NCBI RefSeq assembly: GCF_004010195.1
Contig: NC_057719.1
Coordinates: 57,701,023-57,765,022, forward strand
Direction of reading: 5' to 3'
DNA: 64,000 bases
DNA from: Chiloscyllium plagiosum
Lineage: Eukaryota
Made by a program: the position numbers and the translations under genes
Part shown: in pieces, positions 24,860 to 39,059 of the stretch
How the letters are laid out: each line of letters begins with the position of its first letter
Numbering within the stretch: position 1 is the stretch's first letter
Notes under the pieces: generated by a model
The model's input: the letters and a program-made list of their open reading frames with translations, nothing else
Told to the model about the DNA's origin: nothing
Databases searched by the model: none

Positions 24860-25310
24860 ACTCTTATAGAAATGAAAATTGATGTTGATTGGTGTTGACT
24901 GGTGCCACAATCTGGGCTGAGCAGGCAAGGGGATGCACTGGTTTTCTCCTTTCTCTCACATTGGTAGGGTTGCAGAATACAACAAACAGTATATCAATTC
25001 ATGATCAGCTCGCCCGAGTACTGCAGGTCTCTTCCAGAACAATGGAATCATTGCTTAAGCACCCCAATTGTCTTCCTGTGAGTGGCTGCATGGTGCTCAT
25101 TAGATACATATGCATGCAAATAGTTGGTTTGTACAATTGAACCAATAACCAGCTGGTCAAGAAACAGTCCTGGTTGCACAGCAGCTTTGATTTGATTTGC
25201 TGGTTCAAATACAGATAAGACAGAGGACTATTGCAGCATAAAAAAAAGCTGTCTGTTGCCGAAATATAAACATAATATGCTGAGCATATCACATAACAAC
25301 TGTAGAGGGA
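24860..25310 (+). mobile_element. Possible highly degraded Harbinger (HARBI1-like) transposase fragment
   Basis: Weak motifs SIHDQL and WFKYR*DRGLLQH resemble SINVQL and RFRCLDRSGGALQY; by-eye similarity only. Confidence 0.3.
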
Positions 25311-25579
25311 ACAATGTTGAGGGAACAGAATAGTTGCAATGCATCTCGGGATTTAGAAATGGTACCCACAAAGTCAAGTATGTGCAGTCAATGGCACCCC
25401 ATACCTTCCAGATAAAGCCAGTGCATGTGCTGCGTGCTCATCTTCGGTTAGATAAGATGCAAGGTAATTTCCTCTCTACAGTGTCAGTCAAATCACTTAA
25501 ACAGCAGTGAATGTAAACAGGGAGGTTTCCCATACTCCAGCTTTAAATAAGCCCTGCACAAAGTGGTGTATGTTCAAGT

Positions 25580-25894
25580 TTAGACTAGATTCCCTACAGT
25601 GTGGAAACAGGCCCTTCGACCTAACAGTCCACACCAACCCTCCGAAGAGTAACCCACCCAGACCCATTTCCCTCTGACTAATGCACCTAACACTATGAGA
25701 AATTTAGCATGGCCAATTCGCCTGACCCACACATTTTTGGACTGTGGGAGGAAACCGGAGTACCCGGAGGAAACCCGCGCAGACACGGGGAGAATGTGCA
25801 AACTCCACACAGACAGTCATCTGAGGCTGGAATCGAACCTGGGATCCTAGTGCTGTGAGGCAGCAGTGCTAACCACTGGGCTACCGTGCCACCC
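25580..25894 (-). mobile_element. HE1-type SINE
   Basis: Reverse complement gggtggcacggtagcccagtggttagcactgc; conserved central domain. Confidence 0.93.
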
Positions 25895-27700
25895 AAATGA
25901 AGTTGGCTTCATTGTCATCAACTGTCTTTGTCCTAGTACAAAACGACAGATATGCCCACAAAAGGTGGCAGGTGGCAGTAAGTATCGCCTTTCAAATGTA
26001 GACATGTTGCTCCTGGTTTAAGTACAAATAAAATAAATATTGAAAGTCCTTGTCTGCTGCACCAAGAATGGTTTGACCAATAGCATATCAGAGGAGGGCA
26101 AGGGTGACAGCAACTTTGGTATCGATGATAAGTGCATAATTTTAAGTGTAGCCTTGCTGTAAATCTTCAGTAGTGAGTAGAGTGGGTTCTTTCTTGATTA
26201 TATGTTTTATTCAGATCTGTCTCTTGATTAAATTTTAAAAATATAAGCCACAAGCACTCAGTTAGCCTGGAGCAATTTTTGTTTAGAGGTTTAAGATGGT
26301 GCAATTTTCTGGGTCTGTAGATTGTGAAGGAGCAAAAATAGCCTTTAGTAAAGTCAATATGCTCTTCTTGTCGGATGTGGGAGTTTAGGGAGAGTTTATG
26401 AGTTACTGAGGATTATAACTGCAATAAATGACTTTGGCTGCAATCCTATCAGATCAAATGAATTGGTTGGAGGGACAATTAGAGGTAATGATGCATTTAC
26501 AAGAGCAAGGGAGTGTGACAGATGGCAGTTATAGGAAGGAAGAAAAGTCGCAGAAACAGTCACATAGATGGGTTAATTCCAGGAAAGGTAGGAGATGCTA
26601 TTTCTGATGCTATTTCCATTTCAAACAAGTATGCTGTTTTGGAAAATGTAGGGGTGATGGATTCTCAGGGGAATGTAGCATGAACAGCCAATTTTCTGAT
26701 ATCACGACAGACTCTAATGTAATGAGGGGTGTGTTAGGTTCCAAGCGATCAAATGTATTAGGGGACTCTTTAGTCAGGGGCACAGACAAACATTTCTGCG
26801 GCCAGCAGCGAAAAATCAGAATGGTATATTGCCTCCCTAGTGCCAGGATCAAGGATGTCTCAGAAAGGGAGCAGGATGTTCTTAAGGGGAAGAGGGACCA
26901 GCAGGAGGTTTTTGTACACATTGGAACCAATGACAAAGGAAGGGAAAAGGATGAGATTCTGAAGGGAGAAGAGAGAAAGTGAGGCAGCAACTTAAAAAGG
27001 TGGTCCTCAAGAGTAGTAGTATCTGGATTACTCCCGGTACTACGAGCTAGTGAGGATAGGAATAGGAGGATAGAGCAGATGAATGCATGGCTGAGGAGCA
27101 GGTGCATGGAAGAAGGGTTCACATTTTTGGATCATTGGAGTCTCTTCTGGGGTAGAAGGGACCTGTACAAGAAGGATGGATTGCACCTGAACTGGAAGGG
27201 GACTAAGACACTGGCAGGGAGATTTACTAGAGCTGCTTGGGACGATTTAAACCAGCAAGGTGGGGTGAGGGGTGGGGGGTTGTAGGGGAAACAACCCAGC
27301 AAGATAGTGAGGAAAGAGATCACTCTGAGACTATTACAGCTGAGAAAAGAAGCAAGCCAAACAGCCAAGGCAGGCAGGGACAAAGCAGAGAACAAGGTAG
27401 GACTGATAAATTAAACTGTATTTATTTCAATGTCAGGGGCCTAGCAGGCAGGGACAAGGTAGGACTAATAAATTAAACTGTATTTATTTCAATGCCAGGG
27501 GCCTAACAGGGAAGGCAGATGAGCTCAGGGCATGGTTAGGAACATGGGACTGCGATATCATAGCAATTACAGAAACATGGCTCAGGGGTGGAAAGGACTG
27601 GCAGTTTAATATTCCAGGATACAAATGCTATTGGAAGGATCGAAAGGGAGGCAAGAGAGGAGAGGAGGCTGTTTTTGATAGGGGATAGCATTACAACTGT

Positions 27701-28026
27701 GGGCGGCATGGTGGCACAGTGATTAGCACTGCTGCCTCACAGCGCCTGAGACCCGGGTTCAATTCCCGCCTCAGGCGACTGACTGTGTGGAGTTTGCACA
27801 TTCTCCCCGTGTCTGCGTGGGTTTCCTCCAGGTGCTCTGGTTTCCTCCCACAGTCCAAAGATGTGCAGGTCAGGTGAATTGGCCACGCTAAATTGCCCAT
27901 AGTGTTAGGTAAGGGGTAAATGTAGGGGTATGGGTGGGTTGCGCTTCGGCGGGTTGGTGTGGACTTGTTGGGCCGAAGGGCCTGTTTCCACACTGTAATG
28001 TAATGTAATGTAATCTAATCTAATCT
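27701..28026 (+). mobile_element. HE1-type SINE inside CR1 ORF2
   Basis: Full head, body and (TAATG/TAATC)n tail; TSD AACTGT (27695-27700, 28027-28032). Confidence 0.95.
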
Positions 28027-28430
28027 AACTGTACTTCGGGAGAATATTCCTGGAAATACATCCAGAGAAGTCATTTGGATGGAACTGAGAAATAAGAAAG
28101 GAATGATCACTTTATTGGGATTGTATTATAGATCCCCTAATTGTCAGTGAGAAGTTGAGAAACAAATTTGTAAGGAGTTCTCAGTTATCTGTGAGGATAA
28201 TAGGGTGGTTATGGTAGGGGATTTTAACTTTCCAAACATAGACTCGGACTGCCATAGTGTTAAAGGTTTAGATGGAGAGGAATTTGTTAAGCACGTACAA
28301 GAAAATTTTCTGATTCAGTCTGTGGATGTACCGACTAGAGAAGCTGGAAAACGTGACGTACTCTTGGGAAATAAGGCAGGGCAGGTGACTGAGATGTCAG
28401 TGGGAGAGCAATCTGGGGCCAGCGATCAGT

Positions 28431-28538
28431 AGGCGGCACGGTGGCACAGTGGTTAGCACTGCTGCCTCACAGCGCCAGAGACCTGGGTTCATTTCCCGCC
28501 TCAGGTAATCTAATCTAATCTAATCTAATCTAATCTAA
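28431..28538 (+). mobile_element. Mini-SINE: HE1 tRNA-like head joined directly to a (TAATC)n tail
   Basis: ggcggcacggtggcacagtgg..ttcccgcctcagg followed at once by about 6 taatc units. Confidence 0.85.
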
Positions 28539-30128
28539 TAATTCTATTAGTTTTAAAATAGTGATGGATAAGGATAGACCGATCTAAAAGTTGAAGTTCT
28601 AAATTGGAGGAAGGCTAATTTTGATGGTATTAGGCAAGAACTTTCAAAAACTGATTGGGTGCAGATGTTCGGAGGGAAAGGGACAGTTGGACAATGGGAA
28701 ACTTTCAAAAATGAGACAAGAGTCCAGAGACAGTATGCTCCTGTTAGGGTGAAAGGAAAGACTGGTAGGAGTAGGGAGTGGTGGATGACTAGAGAAATTG
28801 AAGGTTTGGTTAAGAAAAAGAAGGAAGCATATGTCAGGGATAGACAGGAGAGATCAAGTGAATCCTTAGCAGAGTATAAAGGCAGTAGGAGTATACTTAA
28901 GAGGAGGTATCAGGAGGGCAGAAGAGGGACATGAGATAGCTTTAGCAAATAGGGTTAAGGAGAATCCAAAGGGTTTTTACAAATACATTCAGGACAAAAG
29001 GGTAACTATGGAGAGAATAGAGACCCTCAAAGATCAGCAAGGCAGCTTTTGTGTGGGGCCGCAGGAGATTGGGGAGATACTAAATGCGTATTTTGCATTA
29101 GTATTTATTGTGGAAAAGAACATGGAAGATATAGAAAGTAACGAAATAGATGATGACATCTTGAAAAATGTCCATATTACGGAGGGGGTGGTGCAGGATG
29201 TCTTTAAATGCATAAAAGTGGATAAATCTCTAGGACCTGATCAAGTGTACCCTAGAACTCCGTGGCAAGCTAGGGAAGTGGTTGCTGGGCCCCTTGCTGC
29301 AATACTTGTATCGTCAATAGTCACAGGTGAGGTGCCGGAAGACTGGAGGTTGGCTAACGTGGTACCACTATTTAAGCAAGGTGGTTAGCACATGGAAGGG
29401 AACTATAGACTGGTGAGCCTGACATTGCTGGTGGGCAAGTTGTTGGAGAGAAGCCTGAGAGACAGGATGTACATGTATTTGGAAAGGCTATGACTGATTA
29501 GGAATAGTCAACATGGCCTTGTGCATGGGAAATCATGTCTCATGAACTTGGTAGAATTTATTAAAGAAGCAACAAAGAAGATTGATGAGGGCAGAGCAGG
29601 TGATGTGAGCTATATAGACTTCAGTAAGGCGGGATACTGATTAGCAAGGTTAGATCTTATGGAATACAGGGAGAACTAGCCGGTTGGATCCAGGACTGGC
29701 TCAAAGGTAAAAGACAGAGGGTGGTGGTGGAGAGTTGCTTTTCAGACTGGAAGCCTGTGTCCAGTGAAGTGCCACAAGGATCCACTACTTTTTGTCATTT
29801 ATATAAATGATTTGGTGTGAACGTAGCAGGTATTGTTAGTAAGTTTGTAGACGATACCAAAATTGGAAGTGTAGTGGACAGCAAAGAAGGTTACCTCAGA
29901 TTAAAATGGGATCTTGATCAGATGGTCCAATGGGCTGATGAGTGGCAGATGGAGTTTAATTTAGATAAATGTGAGGTGCTGTATTTTGGAAAAGCAAATC
30001 CGAGCGGGATTATACACTTAATGGTAAGGTCCGAGGGGGTGTTGCTGAGCAAAGAGACCTTGGAATGCAGGTTCATGAAAGTAGAGACACAGGTGGATAG
30101 GATAGTGAAGAAGGCACTTGGTATGCTT

Positions 30129-33100
30129 TGAGATGTACAGACCCTTCGGTCCAACCCATCCATGCCGACCAGATATCCCAACCCAATCTAGTCCCACCTG
30201 CCAGCACCCGGCCCATATCCCTCCAAACCATTCCTATTCATATACCCATTCAAATGCCTCTTAAATGTTGCAATTGTATCAGCCTCCACCACATCCTCTG
30301 GCAGATCATTCCATAGCCGTACCATTCTTTGCATGAAAAAGTTGCCCCTTAAGTGTCTTTTTTATATCTTTCCCCTCTCACCCCAAACCTATGCCCTCTA
30401 GTTCTGGACTCCCCGACCTCAGCGTAAAGACTTTGTTTATTTATCCTATCCATGCCCCTCATAATTTTGTTAACCTCCATAAGGTCACCCCTCAGCCTCC
30501 GACATTGCAGGGAAAACAGCCCCAGCCTGTTCAGCCTCTCCCTATAGCTCAAATCCTCCAACCCTGGCAACATCCTTGTAAATCTTTTCTGAACCCTTTC
30601 AAGTTTCACAACATCTTTCCGATAGGAAGGAGATCAGAATTGCATGCAATATTCCAACAGTGGCCTAACCAATGTCCTGTACAGCCGCAACATGACCTCC
30701 CAANNNNNNNNNNNNNNNNNNNNNNNNNNNNNNNNNNNNNNNNNNNNNNNNNNNNNNNNNNNNNNNNNNNNNNNNNNNNNNNNNNNNNNNNNNNNNNNNN
30801 NNNNNNNNNNNNNNNNNNNNNNNNNNNNNNNNNNNNNNNNNNNNNNNNNNNNNNNNNNNNNNNNNNNNNNNNNNNNNNNNNNNNNNNNNNNNNNNNNNNN
30901 NNNNNNNNNNNNNNNNNNNNNNNNNNNNNNNNNNNNNNNNNNNNNNNNNNNNNNNNNNNNNNNNNNNNNNNNNNNNNNNNNNNNNNNNNNNNNNNNNNNN
31001 NNNNNNNNNNNNNNNNNNNNNNNNNNNNNNNNNNNNNNNNNNNNNNNNNNNNNNNNNNNNNNNNNNNNNNNNNNNNNNNNNNNNNNNNNNNNNNNNNNNN
31101 NNNNNNNNNNNNNNNNNNNNNNNNNNNNNNNNNNNNNNNNNNNNNNNNNNNNNNNNNNNNNNNNNNNNNNNNNNNNNNNNNNNNNNNNNNNNNNNNNNNN
31201 NNNNNNNNNNNNNNNNNNNNNNNNNNNNNNNNNNNNNNNNNNNNNNNNNNNNNNNNNNNNNNNNNNNNNNNNNNNNNNNNNNNNNNNNNNNNNNNNNNNN
31301 NNNNNNNNNNNNNNNNNNNNNNNNNNNNNNNNNNNNNNNNNNNNNNNNNNNNNNNNNNNNNNNNNNNNNNNNNNNNNNNNNNNNNNNNNNNNNNNNNNNN
31401 NAGAGGCCCAGCAATCACCTCTCTAGCTTCCCACAGCGTTCAGGTCCTGGGGATTTATCCACCTTTAACGATTTTAAGACATCCAGCACTTCTCTGTAAT
31501 CTGGACATTTTGCAAGATGTCACCATCTATTTCCCTACAGTCTATATCTTCCATATCCTTTTCCACAGTAAATACTGATGCAAAATATTCATTTAGTATC
31601 TCCCCCATTTTCTGTGGCTCCACACAAAGGCCGCCTTGCTGATCTTTGAGGGGCCCTATTTTCTCCCTAGTTACCCTTTTGTCCTTAATATATTTGTAAA
31701 AACCCTTTGGATTCTCCTTAATTCTATTTGCCAAAGCTATCTCATGTCTCCTTTTTGCCCTCTTGATTTTCTTCTTAAGTATACTCCTACTCTCTTTATA
31801 CACTTCCAAAGATTCACTCGATTTATCCTGTCTATACCTGACTTATGTTTCCTTCTTTTTCTTAACCAAACCCTCATTTTCTTTAGTCATCCACCATTTC
31901 CCTATACCTACCAGTCTTCCCTTTCACCCTGACAGGAATTTACTTTCTCTGGACCCTCGTTATCTCACTTATGAAGGCTTCCCATTTCCAGTCATCCCTT
32001 TACCTGCGAACATCTGCCTCCAATCAGCTTTCGAAAGTTCTTGCCTAATACCGTCAAAATTGGCCTTTTTCCAATTTAGAACTTCAACTTTTAGATCTGG
32101 TCTATCCTTTTCCATCACTACTTTAAAACAAATAGAATTATGGTCGCTGGCCCCAAAGTGCTCCCCCACTGATACCTCAATCACCTGCCCTGCTTTATTT
32201 CCCTAGAGTGGGTCAAGTTTTGCACCTTCTCTAGTAGGTACATCCACATACTGAATCAGAAAATTGTCTTGTACGCACTTAACAAATTCCTCTCCATCTA
32301 AACCTTTAAAACTATGGCAGTCCCAGTCGATGTTTGGAAAGTTAAAATCCTTTACCATAACCACACTATTATTCTTACAGATAACTGAGATCTCCTTACA
32401 AGTTTGTTTCTCAATTTCCCTCTGACTATTAGGGGGGTCTATAATACAATCCCAATAAGGTGATCATCCCTTTCTTGTTTCTCAGTTTCACCCAAATAAC
32501 ATCCCTGGATGTATTTCCAGGAATATCCTCCCTCAGTACAGCTGTAATGCTATCCCTTATCAAAAATGTCACTCCCCCTCCTCTCTTGCCTCCCTTTCTA
32601 TCCTTCCCGTAGCATTTGTATCCTGGAACACTAAGCTGCCAGTCCTGCCCATCCCTGAGCCATGTTTCTGTAATTGCTATGATATCCCAGTCCCATGTTC
32701 CTAACCATACCCTGAGTTCATCTGCCTTCCCTGCCCCTTGCATTGAAATAAATGCAGTTTAATTTATTAGTACTACATTGTCTCTGCCTACCCTGACTGT
32801 TTGACTCGCTTCTTTTCTCAACTGTACCCGTCTCAGATTGATCTCTTTCCTCACTATCTCCCTGGGTCCCACCCCCCCACTTTACTATTTAAATCCTCCC
32901 AAGCACTTCTAGCAAATTTCCCTGCGAGTATATTAGTCCCCTTCCAATTTAAGTGGAATCCATCCTTCTTGTTTAGGTCATTTCTACCCCAGAAGAGACT
33001 CCAATGATCCAAAAATGTGATTCCTTCTCCCATACACCAGCTCCTCTGCCATGCATTCATCTGCTCAATCCTTATTCCTGCCCTCACTAGCTTGTAGCAC

Positions 33101-34134
33101 CTGGAGCAATCCAGATATTACTACCCTTGAGGACCTCCTTTTTAAATTTCTGCCTAACTCTCTGTAATCTCCCTTCAGAACCTCAACCTTTTCCCTTCCT
33201 ATATCAATGTGGACAATGACCTCTTGCTGGCTCCTCTCCCCCGTGAGAACATTCTGCACCCTCTCTGAGACATCCTTGATCTTGGCACCAGGGAAGCTTT
33301 GTCTCTGCTGGCCACAGAAACGTCTGTCTGTACCTCAGACTACAGAATCCCCTAACACAATTGATCTCTTGGAAGCCGATGTACCCCTCGTTGCATTACA
33401 GCCAGTCTCAATACCAGAAACTTGACTGTTCATGCTAGGTTCCCCTGAGAATCCATCACCCCCTGCATTTTCCAAAACAGCATACCTGTTTGAAATGGGT
33501 ATATCCACAAAAGACTCCTGCCCTAGGTTCCTACCTCTCTTACCCTTTCTGGATTTAACCCATCTATGTGACTGTATCTGAGACTCTCCCCCCTTCCTAT
33601 AACTGCCATCCATCACATACTGTTGCTATTGCAAATCGCTCATCGCTTCTATCTGTCTCTCCAACCGATCCACTCGATCTGATAAGATTTGCATCCAACA
33701 GCATTTATTGCAGGTATAATCCGCAGTAACTCTTAAACTCTCTTTAAACTCCCACATCTGACAAGAAGTACATATCACTACAAAGGCCGTTTTTGCTCCT
33801 TCACAATCTACAGACCCAGAAATTAACACCGTCTTATTCCTCTATAAAACACTGCCCAAGGTTAAATTAATAGCTATGGCTTATATTTTAAGTTTAATCA
33901 AGAGACTTCTCTCCAAAAACATATAATCAAGAAAGAACCCACGGTACGCACTAATACAGCCTTTCTCTTGAACAGATTTAAAACAACAATTAACTTATCT
34001 GATTCTGTGTTGTGAACTTCGCCCAAACAGGTTCCTCCGTGATTAGTTGTGAAATTCACTGTTTGTTAATTTTCCCAGATGCACTCTGATATCCAGCGAC
34101 ACATGCATTCAAAAACTGCAAAGGCCGTCACTGA

Positions 34135-34165
<31 letters not shown>

Positions 34166-34388
34166 CACCATGTGTTTCCTTTGTCTGTTCTTCTCCCTTT
34201 TAAAACTGCCGTTATTTTGACTTTTTGTTTCCAAAGTTCAAAAACAATGCAACAGCATATAAAACAGTCATTGCTGCTCCTGGAATTCGAGGGAATCACC
34301 TCTAGCACCTAAAATACCTCAAAAAAAAAGAAGCAGCTCTTATAGCCAGAAATTTTTCCCATCCTCCATCTTGGATTACCCAGAATCC
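30129..34388 (-). mobile_element. Near full-length CR1 LINE nested antisense (gap 30704-31401)
   Basis: 5' UTR with GA repeat; ORF1 CTSCQMWE..CNKC and esterase; ORF2 DIIAITETWL..GLYYRPP; C-terminal RLRGDL. Confidence 0.95.
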
Positions 34389-34645
34389 TCTCTTCTTGGA
34401 AGGATGTTGTCAAATTTGAAAAGGTTCAGAAAAGATACAAGGATGTTGCCAGGGTTTGAGGACTTGAATCTATAGGGAGAGGCTGATTAGGCTGGGGCTG
34501 TTTTCCCTCGAGTGTCAGAGGTGGAGGTTTATAGAGGTTTATAAAATCATGAAGGGCATGGATAGGATAAACAGACAAGGTCTTTTCCGTGGGGAGTCCA
34601 GAACTAGAGGACATAGGTTTAGGGTGAGAGGGGAAAGATTTAAAG

Positions 34646-37600
34646 AACAAAGAACAAAGAAAATTTACAGCCCAGGAACAGGCCCTTCAGCCCTCCAAGT
34701 CTGTGCTGATCCAAATCCACTATCTAAACCTATCGCCCAATTCTCAAGCATCTGTGTCCCTCTGCTTCCCACCTACTCATGCATCTGTCCAGACGGACCT
34801 TAAATAAATCTAGCGTGCCTGCCTCTACTACCTCCGCTGGTAACACGTTCCAGGCACCTACCACCCACAGGGTAAAGTACTTTCCACCTGTATCCCCCTT
34901 AAACTTTTCTCCTCTCACCTTGAAAATGCGATCTCTCATTGTTGAATCCCTCACCCTGGGAAAAAGCTTATCTCTATCCATTCTGTCCATACCCTTCATG
35001 ATTTTGTAGACCTCAATAAGGTCCCCCCTCAATCTCCTTTCTTCTCATGAAAACAATCCTCACCTACTCAACCTCTCTTCATAGCTAGCACCTTCCATAC
35101 CAGGCAACATCCTCATAAACCTTTTCTGTACCCTCTCCAAAGTGTCCACATCCTTCTGGTAATGTGACGACCAGAACTATACACAGTATTTTAAATGCAG
35201 TCGAACCAAAGTCTTGTGCAATTTTAACATGATCTGCCAGCTCTTATACTCAATACTCCGTCTGATGAAGGCAAGCATACCACACACCTTCTTGACCACT
35301 CTATCCACCTGTGCAGCCACCTACAGGGTACAATGGTGGCTGGGATCCCAGATCTCTCCGCTTATCAACTTTTTCCAAGGCTCTTCATTTACAGTATAGT
35401 TCGCTCTAGAATTAAACCTTCCAAAATGCATCACCTCCCATTTGCCTGCGTTGAACTCTGCCTGCACTTCTCCGCCCAACTCTCCAGTCTATCTATGTTC
35501 TCCTTATTCTTTGACAGTCCCTTATGCTTTCTGCTACTCCACCAATCTTCATGTCATCTACAGACCTACTGACGAGACCAACAATGCCCGCTTCCAGATC
35601 ATTTATGTATATCACAAACAACAGTGGCCCCAGCACTGATCCCTATGGAACACCACTGGTCACCTTTCTCCATCTAGAGAAAATCCCTTCAACTACTACT
35701 CTCTGTCCCCTGTTGCTCAACCAATTCTTTATCCACCTAGCTAGAACACCCTGCATACCATATGACTTCACTTTCTCCAGTAGTTTACCATTGGGAACCT
35801 TATCAAACACCTTATTAAAGTTCATGTATATCACACCTACAGCCCTTCCTTCATTTATCAACTTGGTCACTTGCTCAAAGAACTCTATTAAGTTGGTAAG
35901 GCACGATCTCCCCCGCACAAAACCATGTTGCCTATCACTGTTAAGTCCATTCTCTTCCAAATATAAATGGATCCTATCCCTTAGTATCTTCTCCAGCAAC
36001 TTTCCCACCACTGATGCCAGGCTCACTGGTCTGTAGTTACCTGGAATATCCTCACTACCCTTCCTCAACAGGGGAACATTATTGGCAACTCTCCAATCCT
36101 CTGGCACTTCACCCGTGTTTAAAAATGCTACAAAGATATCTGTCAGGGCTCCAGTTATTTCCTCTCTTGCCTCCTTCAGCAACCTGGGATAGATCCCACC
36201 TGGTCCTGGGGATTTGTCCACCTTAATATCCTTTAGCCTACACAACACATCCTCCCTCCTTATGTCAACGTGATCCAGACTAAACAAACTCCTATCTCTA
36301 ATCTCAACATTCATTGTGTCCCTTTCCTCAGTGAATACTGATGCAAAGCAATCGTTGAGAATCTCACCCATTTTCTCAGGTTCGACACACAACCTTCCTT
36401 CTTTATCTTTTAGTGGACCAACCCTTTCTCTAGTTATCTTCTTGCCTCTTATATATGAATAAAAGGCGTTGGGATTCTCTTTCATGACCCCTTTTAGCTC
36501 ATTTGATTCCCCATTTAAGATTGTTCCTACTCTCCCGATATTCCTGCAGGGCCCATTCTGTTCTTAGCTGCCTGGACCTTATATATACGCTTCCCTTTTC
36601 CTCTTGGCTAGTCCTGTCATCCACGGTTCCTGAATCTTGCCTTTCCTAACCCTTGCTTTCAATGGGACACACCTATCCTGCACTACCTTCAACCTATCTT
36701 TGAAAGCCTCCCATGTATCAAATGTGGACTTCCCTTCAAATAGCTGCCCCCAATCCACATTTCCCAGCTTCTGCCAAATTTTGATGTAATTGCCCTGGCC
36801 TAGTTTAGTACTCTTCCCTTAGGACCACTCTCATCTTTGTCTACGAGTACAGAATTGTGGTCACTATTCCCAAAGAAAGCCCCCACTGCAACTTCTACCC
36901 CCTGGCATGGCTTATTCCCCAACACCAAGTCCAATAAGGCCCCTTCCCTAGTTGAACTATTGACATACTGCTCTAGAAAACTTTCCTGGATGCCCCTTAT
37001 AAATTCTGTCCCATCCATACCTCTGCCACTAATTGTATCCCAGTCAATGTTGGGAAAACTAAAATCTCCCAACACCACCACCCTGTTGCCTCTTCAACTT
37101 TCCACAAGCTGTTCACCTTTTGTTCTTCTACCTCACACTCACTGTTAGGAGGCCTGTAGTACAGCCCCAACAATGTAACTGCACCCTTCTTATTTCTCAG
37201 CTCTATCCATAATGCCTCACTACTCAAACCCTCCATAGTGTCCTCCTTTAGCACAGCCGATATCATTCCTGACCAGCAAAGCAACTCCTCCCCACCCTTT
37301 TATTTCCCTCCCTGTCCTGTCTGAAGCCATCTTTATCCTGGAACATTTAGTTGCCAATCATACCTTCCTTCAACCAAATCTCTGTAATCACAACAACGTC
37401 ATACTCCCAGGCACCAACCCAAGCCCTAAGTCTGCCTGCCTTACCCATGATACTCCTTGCATTAAAGCATATGCACTTCAGATCACCAGTTCCTTTGCAT
37501 TCACCTGCTGTCTGCCTACTTTTCCCCTTGGTAATGCTAACTTCATGATCCTGTTCCTTACAGTCTCTAGTTCCCACCTCACTGTCTACTAGTTTTCTCT

Positions 37601-38288
37601 TCTGGTTCCCAGCCCCCTGTCACATTAGTTTAAACCCTCCCCAACAGCAGTAGCAAAAACTCCCCCAAGGACATTAATTCCAGTCTGGTGCAGGTGTAGA
37701 CCATCCAATTTGTAATAGTCCCACCTTCCCCAGAACCGGTCCCAATGTCCCACAAATCTGAACCCGTCCCTCCTACACCATCCTTCAAGCCATGTGTTCA
37801 TCCTACCTGTTCTTTCATTTCTACCCTGGCTAGCATGTGGCACTGGTAACAATCCTGAGATCACTACCTTTGAGGTCCTACTCTTTAACTTCTCTCCTAA
37901 CTCCCTGAATTTTGCTTTCAGGACTTCATCTCATTTTTTTAACTTATATTGTTGGTGCCTATATGCATCACGACAACTGGCTGTTTACCCTCCCCTTTCA
38001 GAACGCTCTGCAGCCACTCAGTGACATCCCTGACCTGAGCATCTGGGAGGCAACATGCCATCCAGGAGTCTCGTTTTTGGCCACAGAACCGCCTATCTAC
38101 TCCCCTTACAACAGAATCCGATATGACTATGGACCTATGAGTCTTTTTCCTGCCCTTCTGAACAGCAGAACCCGCCACAGTGCCATGATGCTGGTAACTG
38201 CTGCCCTCCCCTGGTAAGCTGTCTCCCACAACAGTATTCAAAAATGGTATACCTGTTTTGGAGGAAGATGACCCCGGGCATCTCCCTC
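34646..38288 (-). mobile_element. CR1 LINE of a different subfamily, 5'-truncated in ORF1, nested antisense
   Basis: ORF 35643-36485 KSPGPGGIYPRLLKE..GNYRPVSLASVVGK..QHGFVRGRSCLTNLIEFF..SGVP; esterase MHIGTN, DGLHL; (CTTTGTT)n tail. Confidence 0.95.
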
Positions 38289-39059
38289 CAAAGGGACCTA
38301 AGGGGCAACTTTTTCATGCAGAGGGCGGTGCATGTATGGAATGAGCTGCCAGAGGAAGTGGTGGAGGCTGGTACAATTGTAACCTTTAAAAGGCATCTGG
38401 ATGGGTATATGAATAGGAAGGGTTTAGAAGGGTTTAGAAGTGCTAGCAAATGGGACGAAATTAGCTTGGGATATCTGGTCGGCATGGACAAGTTGGACTG
38501 AAGGGTCTGTTTCCATGCTGTACATCTCAATGAATATAACTAAGACCAAGTGGCCTCACACAAACCCGAGAATCATAATCGAGACCTTTAGCAACTTTTG
38601 AAAACTCTCAACACTTTTACAATCTTTATAGAGAGATGATAGCATAGTGGTATTATTGTAAGACTATTAATCCAGAAATTTAGGAGACCTGACTTTGAAT
38701 GTCATTATGGCAGATGATGGCATTTGAATTCTATAAATATCTGCAATTAAGAATCTACTGATGACCATGAAGCCACTGACAATTGTCAGAAAAACCCATC
38801 TAGATCACTAACGTCCTTTAGGGAAGGGGATCTGTCATTCTTAACTGATCTGGACTACATGTGACTCCAGATCCTCAGCCATGTCATTGACTCTCAACTG
38901 CCCTCTGAAATGGCCTAGCAAGCCCCTCGATTGCATCAACAGCTATGAAGTCTCAACCAAGAAATGAAACCAGATAGACTATCTGACATTGACCCTGGCA
39001 CCAGAAATGACAATGGCAAAAAAAGGCCCGTCAACCCTAAATGCTCTCCTTAGAAGAAC

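Larger units (their letters stand above)
26150..38535 (+). mobile_element. Near full-length CR1 LINE split into 26150-30128, 34390-34645 and 38289-38535 by nested insertions
   Basis: ORF1 VLGDSLVRG..HIGTND..DGLHLN (SGNH esterase); ORF2 CIYFN, MVGDFNFPNID (APE endonuclease), KFVDDTKIG (RT); 3' sequence resumes collinearly after each insert. Confidence 0.92.

Noticed and set aside
24968..25077. Plus-strand exon-like segment (pyrimidine tract-AG ... GTGAGT)
   Set aside because: Isolated and within a probable degraded Harbinger transposase; no supporting neighbours
30391..31578. 395-aa and other long ORFs
   Set aside because: They span the N gap at 30704-31401; CR1 sense or antisense frames
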